Shown here: piece after piece, positions 56,301-64,000 of the stretch
Layout: every line of letters begins with the position of its first letter
Numbering within the stretch: position 1 is the first letter of the stretch
Source of the DNA: an uncultured archaeon
GTDB taxonomy: Archaea; Thermoproteota; Nitrososphaeria; Nitrososphaerales; Gagatemarchaeaceae
Assembly: GCA_963817525.1 (NCBI GenBank)
Contig: CAWFOU010000007.1
Span: forward strand, 576,001 to 640,000
Reading direction: 5' to 3'
DNA: 64,000 nt
Program-made: the position numbers and the translations under genes
The notes under the pieces: generated by a model
The model's input: the letters and a program-made list of their open reading frames with translations, nothing else
Databases searched by the model: none
Told to the model about the DNA's origin: nothing

Positions 56301-56837
56301 AGGGTGAACCTGCAAGACCAGTTCTACAACTACGGCTTCACGCACGACACGAGCTCGATCACGATAAGAAGCTCCCGGAGCGCCTACTCGACCCTCAACA
56401 CGCTGTCTGACAAGATATCCAAGCAGATTGAGGTGGCCGAGAAGATTGAGGCCGTCTCCGCGAGGCAGGTCGTGGAGTCCATAATCAAGACCCACCTAAT
56501 CAGGGATATCATGGGGAACATGAAGAAGTACTCCACCCAGTCCTTCAAGTGCAGGGCGTGCAGCAGGACCTTGCGCAGGCCCACGGTCTCGGCGCGCTGC
56601 GAGGTCTGTGGCGGGGAACTCAGAGAGACGCTCACGAGGGGGTCGGTCGAGAAGTACCTCGCGATCGCGCGCAAGCTGGCCCACGACTACGACGTCGACG
56701 AGTACATCAAGGAGAGGCTCGATCTCCTGGTGAGGGAGATGGACCAGCTCTTCCCCAGCAGGGAGAGGAGCACGCAGTCAGAACTCGGTGATTTCCAAGA
56801 CCCCGAGCCCGACCTCGTCGTCGGGCGGCAGGCCTAG
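53340..56837 (+). CDS. polC: DNA polymerase D large subunit DP2 (no intein)
   Basis: YAGPMRSAGGT, RVRGG, RIRYGR, RVGRPEKA, GLAPHTS, KRRDCDGDGD, Zn fingers. Confidence 0.96.
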   Translation: MPFKASSAWEHTKKLTIFPAELESYYGGILDQYESAYNTAEEAKSRGLDPNEIVESKTVFDLADRVNEMLGLSQFEGLAERLRHLLHTTTKERATLTIAEEIALGKFGAMNIDQALQYAVRAGLAVITDGVTVAPIQGVSTVVIKKNDDNSDYASISYAGPMRSAGGTEAAFSVLIADVVAKKLGLSPYRAREEEIARYIEELRVYEREVGNFQYRVSDADVRVALSNLPVEIDGVETDPYEVVVHRNLKRVSTDRVRGGALRVLNDGVIGRAHKLSKILKELQLSGWEWLPELKGGKQQSTGETEKVGAHFEEVISGRPVISSPNTRGGLRIRYGRAMNTGLSTVGIHPAIPALLDNCVVVGTQMKVDIPGKAATIAFVDSIEGPTVRLKDGSVQRVNSIAEAERLHDTLEIIIDMGDALISYGDFLENNKTLGPSPYVTEWWLQELEAAVAAKDGLAKAESSTNPDRLKGILGGTTPSPIEAMEISKKFGIPLHPSYTPRFDRLSPAELLELRGFITRSGRDIEVNITSHHIERALQQLLVPYTRKNDTAIILEEWAAVLGTMLGIGDTPDMTDASSWGPEMTLELVHRLSGIRVGRQTTGTVGMRVGRPEKAMLRHMKPPVHVLFPVGAAGGSARDLLAAAKHGSMKVDMVNIMCPSCGKRKLASRCDGCGEATVRFLSCPRCSQIINAEEGQICPKCRVEGVTHSNYNLDIKSTVDAVLRKVPDVAHTTIKGVRGLSSGSKYAEPIEKGALRSKHQIYVYKDGTARVDVTNAPLTHFRPSNIHTDIPTLRSLGYEFDKDGKPLVDHDQLVALKPQDVVIPENTARDLVRVAAFVDDELETVYGLPRFYNLKSVDDLRGKVVVGLAPHTSVGVAARVIGFSNAQVCFANPCWHSAKRRDCDGDGDSVLLLLDIFLNFSVEYIPTQIGGLMDTPLLIQPIILPAEVDDQAHNFDVAWKYPPSFYVATESSPNASKVSGLIATIRDRVNLQDQFYNYGFTHDTSSITIRSSRSAYSTLNTLSDKISKQIEVAEKIEAVSARQVVESIIKTHLIRDIMGNMKKYSTQSFKCRACSRTLRRPTVSARCEVCGGELRETLTRGSVEKYLAIARKLAHDYDVDEYIKERLDLLVREMDQLFPSRERSTQSELGDFQDPEPDLVVGRQA

Positions 56838-58126
56838 CGGTAGAAGTACGCCGGCGAGTTGTCGAAGGAGTACTTCACTCGTTGGTGGAGGCGGCGCAAG
56901 GCTCGCACACGCTTCTTCACCGAGTCGACCTTCTCCGTCGTGAGCGCCACGTGGAGAATCTCCGCGACCTCCTTCATTTCGCTCTTCCCCATGCCCAACC
57001 TTGTCAGCTCCGACACGCCCACCCTTATCCCGCCCGGGTTCGTGTAGTGCCTACCCGCCTGGAGGTCGCCTGGGAGCAGCTGCCTGTTGGCGATTATGTT
57101 CATGTTCTCGAGCTTCTTCTCGACCTGACCTCCGTCGCCGTATTTCGTGACGTCCAACGCCACCTGGTGAGACTGGGTGTACCCGTGGTTCTCCCCTAGC
57201 ACGGGCTCTCCCTTCGCTGCGAGGGCCCCGGCAAGGACCTGCGCGTTCACTGTGACCGCCTTCGCGTAACTAGGCCCGAACTTCAGGAACTCCACGAAGG
57301 TCAGGGCCTTCGCGGCCACATGGTGAAGGTGATGGTTGCTCGACGTCCCGGGAAAGACCGACTTCTTCAGCGCGTCGCCATACTGGGCCTTCGACACGAC
57401 CGTTCCTCCCTGCGGGCCGAAGAGCGTCTTATGCGTGCTGAAGCTCATGACGTGCGCGCCCTCGCCCAGCGGGTCCTGGAACCTCCCGCCGGCGATCAGC
57501 CCGGCCACATGCGCGGCGTCGTAGCACGGCGTGGCGCCGATCTCCTGCACGCTCTCGACCAACTCCTTGACGGGGTGCGGGAAAAGGAAGAGGCTCCCTC
57601 CGAACATCACTATCTTCACCTTCTTTCCGGCCGACTGGATCGACTTTAGCTTCTTCTTCGTCTGGTCCACGTCTATGTTCATGTTCTCCTTGTCGAAAAC
57701 AAAATACTCGATGTCGAGGCCGTGGACCAGCCCCGCAGTCCCCGAGAACTCCTTCTTCCCCGCCGATATGTGCCCCCCATTCGGGATCGACAGGGCCACC
57801 ATGGTGTCCCCCGGGTCCGACAACGCGGAATAGACGGCAAGGTTGGCGCAGGCCCCCGACACCGGCCGCACGTCAGCAAACTCGGCCTTGAACAAAGTCT
57901 TGGCCAGGCTAATCGCCTGCAGCTCGATTTGGTCTATGAACTTACAGCCGGCGTACACCCTCTCCCCCGGCCAGCCCTCCGCGTACCTGTGGCCTAGGTC
58001 GGAGGCTAGCACGTTTCTGACCGTGCGGGAGGCGACGTTCTCGCTTGCGACCAGCGGAAGACTCTCAGAGAACCACTTTTCGTGCTGTTTCACCAAGGAA
58101 ACCAGCTTCCCCTGTCGATTGTTCAC
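56834..58126 (-). CDS. glyA: Serine hydroxymethyltransferase
   Basis: LVASEN, RYAEG, GGHIS, YDAAHVAGL, STHKTLFGPQGG; GTG start inferred. Confidence 0.94.
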   Translation of the reverse strand: MNNRQGKLVSLVKQHEKWFSESLPLVASENVASRTVRNVLASDLGHRYAEGWPGERVYAGCKFIDQIELQAISLAKTLFKAEFADVRPVSGACANLAVYSALSDPGDTMVALSIPNGGHISAGKKEFSGTAGLVHGLDIEYFVFDKENMNIDVDQTKKKLKSIQSAGKKVKIVMFGGSLFLFPHPVKELVESVQEIGATPCYDAAHVAGLIAGGRFQDPLGEGAHVMSFSTHKTLFGPQGGTVVSKAQYGDALKKSVFPGTSSNHHLHHVAAKALTFVEFLKFGPSYAKAVTVNAQVLAGALAAKGEPVLGENHGYTQSHQVALDVTKYGDGGQVEKKLENMNIIANRQLLPGDLQAGRHYTNPGGIRVGVSELTRLGMGKSEMKEVAEILHVALTTEKVDSVKKRVRALRRLHQRVKYSFDNSPAYFYR

Positions 58127-58236
58127 AATCGCCAAGGAATCCGAATCAGTAATTATTGTTTTGTGCTGTGGTTGGCGCAAAGCGGCTTTAACAACACATT
58201 TTAAAGGGTACCCGGCCAGCGAGGCGAGAAGAAAAG

Positions 58237-58443
58237 ATGAGCGGCAAGAACAAGCAGCTTCCAGCATCGAGCGCGGGGTTGCTCAGGTTCTTCGAGGACG
58301 AGACCGAGGGCGTGAAGATCAAGCCTGAGATTGTGCTCATAGCCACGACGGGGCTGATACTGACGTCCATAATCATAAACCAGGTATTCCCTGCTCCAGC
58401 GTCTTCGACCGCATCGGCCTTCCTCGCCCTATTATTCAGGTAG
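58237..58443 (+). CDS. secG: Preprotein translocase Sec61-beta subunit
   Basis: PASSAGLLRFFEDET.G.KI.PE followed by one TM. Confidence 0.88.
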   Translation: MSGKNKQLPASSAGLLRFFEDETEGVKIKPEIVLIATTGLILTSIIINQVFPAPASSTASAFLALLFR

Positions 58444-60201
58444 ATTCATCTGTATGGCTCCGCAACTGAACAGCTAGCCCGCCGATACCGGCACCTGTTC
58501 GTCCTCCCCTCTTTCTCCGCCCTCGCCATTCTCCTAGCCGTCTCCAACGTCCTCCTCCTCGCCCCCTTGGTCGCGGTCGACGGGCTACCAGCACCCGTCG
58601 CATCGGGGATTTTCATCGTCATATTCGCCACCTCGGGTCTGGTGACCTATCTCATCAAGGCACTCGACCAAGACGCCGTGGTCTCCCTGAGAAGGATGTT
58701 CGGCCTCGCACTAGCCTCGAACATCCTCTGGACCGTCCCCCTAACGGTCGGCTCCGTGCTCTCCTGGATAGAGCACAACCATCAACCCAGCATCAACGAG
58801 TTCCTCGTCGGGACTTTCCTCGCGTGGGCCTTCGAGCTGCTGGTCATCAACGGCGCCTTCATACCCAGCACCGCCAAGAGCCTCTGCATAGCCGCAATAC
58901 AACCCCTCGCTACGTTTCTACTGGCATCCGCCTTCCTCGGGGTCGACTCAGGCACGACGTACGCAGCTGTCGCCGGGCTCGTTATCCTCGGAATCACCGT
59001 CGCCTTCTTGCTGAAGTTCAAGATGTTCAAGACCGAAGGCGCGGGGATAAACTCCCTGCAGACCTTCCAATCGTTCCTAAAGTCCTGGGTCTCCCACAAG
59101 CCAGGAGACCTCGAGAGGTACTTCACGTTGTATTCCCGTGACCAACCCGTCACCACGAAGGTAGTCTTAGCGACCGCGGCCGGGCGCACCGCGGTCGTGC
59201 TGCCAGGGGTCCACCCAGGTCCCTTCTATCCGGTGGGCAGCTACAACATATCCGAACTCATATTCCACGAACTCAACAGCGAGGGCATAATACCCATGGT
59301 CCTGCACGGTGTGGGAGGCCACGAGAGGAACCTCCCCACCAACGAGCTCGCGAAAAAATACGCGGCCGCCGTCGCCAGCGCGGTGACGTCCGGCTCCGGG
59401 GAGACCGTCGAGAGGATGAGAGGACCGAGCACGCTGCAGTTAGGCCCGACGCACTTGACAACCTTGGGGTTCGGAAGCCAGGTAGTGGCGTTCCTATCCA
59501 ACGCCCCGTACAACACCGACGACCTACCGCCGGGGATTATCGACGCGGCCGTCTCCGCGGCGACGGAGAGCGGGGTCGAGCTGATGTTAGTAGACGCGCA
59601 CAACTCCATTGGAGGAAATGACTGCGAACAGCCCAACGTAGACTGGAAGAAGGTCTTCGCCGACGTCAAGGCCAACCCCGAGGAGGAGTTCGAGGTCGGC
59701 ATGGCGCACTCCTCGGAGCTCCAGTTTGAGCACGGCTCCGACGTCAGCGACGGAGGGATCACTGCCCTCGTCTTCAGGAAGCAGAAATTAACACACGCCT
59801 TGATTAGCTCGGATTCGAACAACGCTGTCGTGGGCCTCAGGCAGATGGTGCTCGATGAGCTCAAGAAGGAAAACGTGAACCTGATCGACCTGTGCACGTC
59901 GGACACCCACAGCTCGGCCGCCAGGCAGCTGACCAACCGCGGATATCATGCCCTGGGGGAGGACACCGACCGGGCGGCCCTCGTCGCCGTCATCAAGAAC
60001 CTGGAGAAGCTCGCCGAAGAGCGGCTCTCCCCAGGGAGAGTGACTACGACCACTTTGCAACAGACGCTTCCGCTCATCGGCGACAAATCGTTGGACGACT
60101 TCGCCGCCCTGACGAAGGAGACGCTCAGCTTCACAAAGGCCTACGCGACGGGCGCGTTGGTCTCCACATTCCTCATATGCTCCGTCGCCCTCTTCCTTTG
60201 A
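58444..60201 (+). CDS. DUF2070 family membrane protein (start uncertain; first canonical start 58567)
   Basis: Multi-TM N-half; HPGPF, HG...HE.N, VDAHNS, DSNN, TSDTH motifs. Confidence 0.85.
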   Translation: MHLYGSATEQLARRYRHLFVLPSFSALAILLAVSNVLLLAPLVAVDGLPAPVASGIFIVIFATSGLVTYLIKALDQDAVVSLRRMFGLALASNILWTVPLTVGSVLSWIEHNHQPSINEFLVGTFLAWAFELLVINGAFIPSTAKSLCIAAIQPLATFLLASAFLGVDSGTTYAAVAGLVILGITVAFLLKFKMFKTEGAGINSLQTFQSFLKSWVSHKPGDLERYFTLYSRDQPVTTKVVLATAAGRTAVVLPGVHPGPFYPVGSYNISELIFHELNSEGIIPMVLHGVGGHERNLPTNELAKKYAAAVASAVTSGSGETVERMRGPSTLQLGPTHLTTLGFGSQVVAFLSNAPYNTDDLPPGIIDAAVSAATESGVELMLVDAHNSIGGNDCEQPNVDWKKVFADVKANPEEEFEVGMAHSSELQFEHGSDVSDGGITALVFRKQKLTHALISSDSNNAVVGLRQMVLDELKKENVNLIDLCTSDTHSSAARQLTNRGYHALGEDTDRAALVAVIKNLEKLAEERLSPGRVTTTTLQQTLPLIGDKSLDDFAALTKETLSFTKAYATGALVSTFLICSVALFL

Positions 60202-60211
60202 GGGGCACAGG

Positions 60212-60832
60212 ATGAAGATCCCAGGCGGCTACATCGTTGCAATCGAGGGGATAGACGCGGTCGGCAAGAACACGCACAGCCTCCTCATCTCCGAGTGGCT
60301 GAAGAAGAAGGGCGTGGCGACCGCGCGCATCTCCTTCCCAGACTATGACACGCGAATCGGGAAGGAGATCAAGGCCTTCCTTTCCGGTAGAAGGACTTAC
60401 CCGAAGGAGCTTCAGCACCTCCTGTTCGCTGCGAACAGGTGGGAAAAGCTCGACGAGCTCGAGTCCCGCCTCCGGGCAGGCGAGGCCATAATCGTCAATA
60501 GATACTCCGAGTCAAACCTTGCGTATGGGGTCGCGAACGGGCTGGATGCCGGCTGGCTCGCCAACTTGGAGAAGGGCATACCAAAAGCCAATCTGGTGAT
60601 ACTCTTGGACGCGCCTCCACACTCTCTGACTTCTAGGAGGCCTACCGGCAAAAAAGACGTCTACGAAAAGAGCTCAACATTGCAGACCAAGGCCCAGAAG
60701 GCCTACAGAGAACTCGCACGCAGGCACGGCTGGAGCCTCGTCGACGCCAGCGGGACGGTAGAGGACGTGCAGGCCGCCATCGTCAAGACAACAAAGGCCG
60801 CGCTCGAGAGGGACAAGGGCGTCTCCATATGA
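60212..60832 (+). CDS. tmk: Thymidylate kinase
   Basis: IEGIDAVGK.T, FPDY, LFAANRWE, NRYSESNLAYG. Confidence 0.92.
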   Translation: MKIPGGYIVAIEGIDAVGKNTHSLLISEWLKKKGVATARISFPDYDTRIGKEIKAFLSGRRTYPKELQHLLFAANRWEKLDELESRLRAGEAIIVNRYSESNLAYGVANGLDAGWLANLEKGIPKANLVILLDAPPHSLTSRRPTGKKDVYEKSSTLQTKAQKAYRELARRHGWSLVDASGTVEDVQAAIVKTTKAALERDKGVSI

Positions 60833-62130
60833 CGTTGAAGTACGTCGCGGAGATCAGAGACCCCATCCACGGCTACATCAAGATCACGGACGAGGAGAGG
60901 GAACTCATCGACTCTGCGTTCGTCCAACGCCTCCGCAGGATTCACCAGCTCGCCGGCGCGTATCTGGTCTATCCTGGCGGGGTGCACAGTAGGTTCGAGC
61001 ACGTCATCGGGACCATGCACGTGGCTGGCCTCGTAGGTCAGTCTGTCGCCGACAAGGCAGGGCTGAGCGACGAGGACATCCAGGAGCTCAGGATAGCCGG
61101 CCTCCTCCACGACGTGGGGCACGGGCCGTTCTCCCACCTCTTCGAGGAGGTACTCACAGAGAAGACAGACCTGACGCACGAGGATCTGTCCCAGAGGATA
61201 GTGTCGGAATCCGTCATAGGGGACATACTCAAGCGCAACGGGCACCGGCCCTCGAAGATATCGAAGCTCTGCGTGGGCAAGGCGAAGGCGCAGCCGTTCA
61301 TGAACCAGGTCATCGCGGGAGGGCTCAGCGCCGACATGATGGACTACCTGCTGAGAGACACCTACTTCACGGGGGTCGAGTACGGTAAGGTGGACATACA
61401 ACGGGTGATAGATTCGCTCGACGTCAGCGCGGACGGGCACCTGATGCTCGAAAGGGCGGCTCTCTACGCGTTCGAGGCCCTCCTGATTGCCAGGTACGAG
61501 ATGTTCAAGGCCGTGTACTTCCACCGGACAGTGAGGGCTGCCGAGCTCATGCTCGCCCACTCGATGACCCTCGCGGACAACAAGCTGCACCTTACGGACC
61601 TCTCAAGCATCGAGAAGATTCTCAGGCTCACTGACGAGGTGGTCCTCCAGCAGCTGGCAGACCTGGAGCCCGGCACGCCGGAGCTGGAGATGGCGCAGAG
61701 GCTCGCCGCCGGCTACATGCAGAGACGGCTGGTGAAGTGTGTCTTCGAGAAGGTGGTGCAGAGGAAGGACAGGACCATCCAGCGGATATTCAGCAAGAAG
61801 AGATTCAGGGACGAGCTGGCGACCGACATCGCGCAGAGCGCCCGCGTCAAGCCGTCGGACATCTACATCGACGTGCCTAACACCCCGTCCGTGCCGTACA
61901 CCTACGAGCGGCAGGCTTTCCGTTCGATAACCCTCTTCTCAAACGACGCGTTAGGCGGCAAGAGGAGGACGGAGACCGTCCCCACGGGCGAGCTCCCTCT
62001 CGTCGGGTCGATCACTGGCTTCATGGACATACTGAGGATCTACACCTTCCCCGAACAGAGGAGCAAGGTCGTCACCGCGGTTGAGGCCATGTTCGGCAAG
62101 GAAGACTTCATGTCGAGGATTTCGATATGA
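60829..62130 (+). CDS. HD-domain phosphohydrolase (dNTPase-like)
   Basis: IRDPIHG, QRLRRIHQL, HSRFEH, LLHDVGHGPFSH, DMMDYLLRD, VYFHRT. Confidence 0.9.
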   Translation: MTLKYVAEIRDPIHGYIKITDEERELIDSAFVQRLRRIHQLAGAYLVYPGGVHSRFEHVIGTMHVAGLVGQSVADKAGLSDEDIQELRIAGLLHDVGHGPFSHLFEEVLTEKTDLTHEDLSQRIVSESVIGDILKRNGHRPSKISKLCVGKAKAQPFMNQVIAGGLSADMMDYLLRDTYFTGVEYGKVDIQRVIDSLDVSADGHLMLERAALYAFEALLIARYEMFKAVYFHRTVRAAELMLAHSMTLADNKLHLTDLSSIEKILRLTDEVVLQQLADLEPGTPELEMAQRLAAGYMQRRLVKCVFEKVVQRKDRTIQRIFSKKRFRDELATDIAQSARVKPSDIYIDVPNTPSVPYTYERQAFRSITLFSNDALGGKRRTETVPTGELPLVGSITGFMDILRIYTFPEQRSKVVTAVEAMFGKEDFMSRISI

Positions 62131-62171
62131 CGCGCCATCTGTCCTGAAATAGAGTCTCGACCTAACACCTT

Positions 62172-64000
62172 GTGCTCCCAGAGGAGATCTTCCCTTACCC
62201 CTCCTTCCGGCAAGGACAGAAGGAGCTAGCCCAGTCCGTCCGTCTCGCCTGCAAGAACGGGCAGAGTTTCGTCGCCGAGGCGATGAGCGGGTTCGGGAAG
62301 ACGGCAGCCGTCCTTGCCGGGGTCATATCCGCAGCAGAAGACGACGACCTCCAGGTAATCTACGTCTGCCGCACCAAGAGGCAGGTCTTCCGGGTGCTGG
62401 AGGAGCTCAACCGATTCGCCAAAACGGTCCCCCTGAGGACGACCAGCCTCTTCTCAAAATACGACTACTGCCTGCTCAGGAGGACGAGCTTCGGGGTGTC
62501 TCCCGAGACCTTCAAGTGGTATTGCAGCTTCCAGACCTCCAACAACCTCTGCAGCTACTTCATGAACGTCGCCTTCAACCGCGACAAGATTGAGGAGCTC
62601 GTGGAGGCCCAGACCAGCCTGGCAGGCTCCATCTCGGAGCTCGTCAAGAAGGGGACAGAGTTGCACGTCTGCCCGTACGAGGTCGGGCGGCTGTCGCTGA
62701 CGCGCTCGAAAATCATTGTGACGACCTACCACTACCTGCTCGACCTCGACTCCAGATCAATCCTCGTCACAGGCGAAAGACCTCTCGACAAGATCGTCGC
62801 GGTGATCGACGAGGCCCACAACGTCAGAGAGTTCCTCTCGGGAAACTCCACCACGACGCTGTCGCTCTCGGACATCAGGGACTGCGTCAGAGACTCCCGG
62901 AGCCTGTTCTTGCCGCGGATCGCGTCTGCGATAGCCGAGATCGGAGACAGGGTGGCGCAGCTCTGCACCAATAGCGACGCCTGGCTCCTCGGCAAGCGGT
63001 CGTTCGTCACCTCCATCACGGGTGGCCACCCGAAGGACTGGCTCTCCGACCTGGTCTTCGAGCTGTCGACGAACTCGGCCGTCGCGTGGTATTCGGTGGC
63101 GACCCAAAGGAACCTGCCCGTCTCTATCATCAAGCTCGGCAATTTCTTGAGCGCACTCCTCACCGCGCTCGACTCTGAGGAAATGGCGCTGGTCAAGTCC
63201 GACTCGTCGCTCTTCTTGACCGACACACGCCCCGCGAAGAGGTTCGCCGCGGCCACAGCGGGGCTCAGGAGCGTAATCCTACTCTCCGCTACCATCAACC
63301 CCCCGAGCCTGTTCCTCCGCTCCATAGGCCTCGACGAGAGTTCCACCGTCGTCCACAGCGCGACCACCGGGTACAAGTTCAGGATAAGGACGGTCATCGA
63401 CGAAGGCGTCACCACGCGGTTCAAGATGAGGAACGCCGACATGTACTCGAAAATCTCGGATAGGCTCTCGGCCGTCTGCAGTTCGGTCGAGGGAGGCGTC
63501 GGCATATTCCTTCCCTCGTATGCGATCCTCGTGTCGGTAGCCGGCTCGCTGGGCGCGCAGGCAGGGCGCCCGTCGCCGACGGGCCCAGGGAGAACCCTCC
63601 TCGTCGAGAAGCCGGGGCTGACCAATGAAGAGTCTGAGGAGATGATGGGCGCCTTCAAGTCGAGACGCGGTTGCGTCCTCTTGGCGGTCCAGGGCGGACG
63701 GTTCTCCGAGGGAGAGGACTTCCCAGGGGACGAGATGGCCGTGTCTGTGGTCGTGGGTCTGGCGCTTCCTCCCCCATCGCCCACGACGTTCGCCGAGTAC
63801 AAACAGATGGAAGCCGACCGCTTCGACAAGCACCAGTCTTACATGGTGCTCTCGCTGCTTCCCGCTCTGAGGAAGGCGTTCCAGTGCGCAGGACGGCACG
63901 TCCGACAGCCCGGGAAGGTGGGGATGGTCGTCTTCATGGACTCACGGTTCGCAGAGCAAAAGATAATCGATCTGATGCCCTCGTGGCTGAGGGAGGACCT
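62172..64000 (+). CDS. xpd: XPD/Rad3/DinG-family Fe-S DNA helicase (runs off window end)
   Basis: Read by hand, absent from the ORF track: FPYPSFRQGQ, EAMSGFGKT, four Cys (YC..YC..LC..CPY), DEAH, LSAT, SEGED, QCAGR. Confidence 0.88.
   Translation, partial: MLPEEIFPYPSFRQGQKELAQSVRLACKNGQSFVAEAMSGFGKTAAVLAGVISAAEDDDLQVIYVCRTKRQVFRVLEELNRFAKTVPLRTTSLFSKYDYCLLRRTSFGVSPETFKWYCSFQTSNNLCSYFMNVAFNRDKIEELVEAQTSLAGSISELVKKGTELHVCPYEVGRLSLTRSKIIVTTYHYLLDLDSRSILVTGERPLDKIVAVIDEAHNVREFLSGNSTTTLSLSDIRDCVRDSRSLFLPRIASAIAEIGDRVAQLCTNSDAWLLGKRSFVTSITGGHPKDWLSDLVFELSTNSAVAWYSVATQRNLPVSIIKLGNFLSALLTALDSEEMALVKSDSSLFLTDTRPAKRFAAATAGLRSVILLSATINPPSLFLRSIGLDESSTVVHSATTGYKFRIRTVIDEGVTTRFKMRNADMYSKISDRLSAVCSSVEGGVGIFLPSYAILVSVAGSLGAQAGRPSPTGPGRTLLVEKPGLTNEESEEMMGAFKSRRGCVLLAVQGGRFSEGEDFPGDEMAVSVVVGLALPPPSPTTFAEYKQMEADRFDKHQSYMVLSLLPALRKAFQCAGRHVRQPGKVGMVVFMDSRFAEQKIIDLMPSWLRED

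Noticed and set aside
53340-56837. Inteins in PolD DP2 (and in Cdc6), which are common intein hosts
   Set aside because: Lengths and motifs are uninterrupted.
62454-63899. Minus-strand ORFs at the window end
   Set aside because: They are antisense shadows of the plus-strand XPD-like helicase.

Overview
GC-rich archaeal chromosomal segment. The 16S/23S sequences, PolD, ThyX, Elf1, Alba and a Cdc6-linked ORB origin fit Nitrososphaerota (Thaumarchaeota); a non-ammonia-oxidising lineage is my inference. It holds a minus-strand 16S-23S operon, housekeeping genes, a replication origin next to cdc6 and PolD, seven tRNA genes and two small accessory islands of secreted-protein genes. The most unusual signals are mobile or intervening elements. 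(1) Five of the seven tRNAs carry 14 bulge-helix-bulge (BHB) introns in total, including an elongator tRNA-Met with four. (2) A LAGLIDADG intein sits inside the Fe-S-binding WCPGC motif of a 2-oxoacid:ferredoxin oxidoreductase beta subunit, creating CxxC motifs at both splice junctions (a possible natural redox trap). (3) A Vsr/EDxHD-like endonuclease gene behind queC ends in a second copy of the QueC C-terminus. (4) A free-standing LAGLIDADG gene overlaps the promoter of a three-intron tRNA-Pro. (5) 5' and 3' relics of a tRNA-Thr lacking the T-loop intron flank an inverted, intron-containing tRNA-Thr. All calls are by eye from motifs; no database searches were run.
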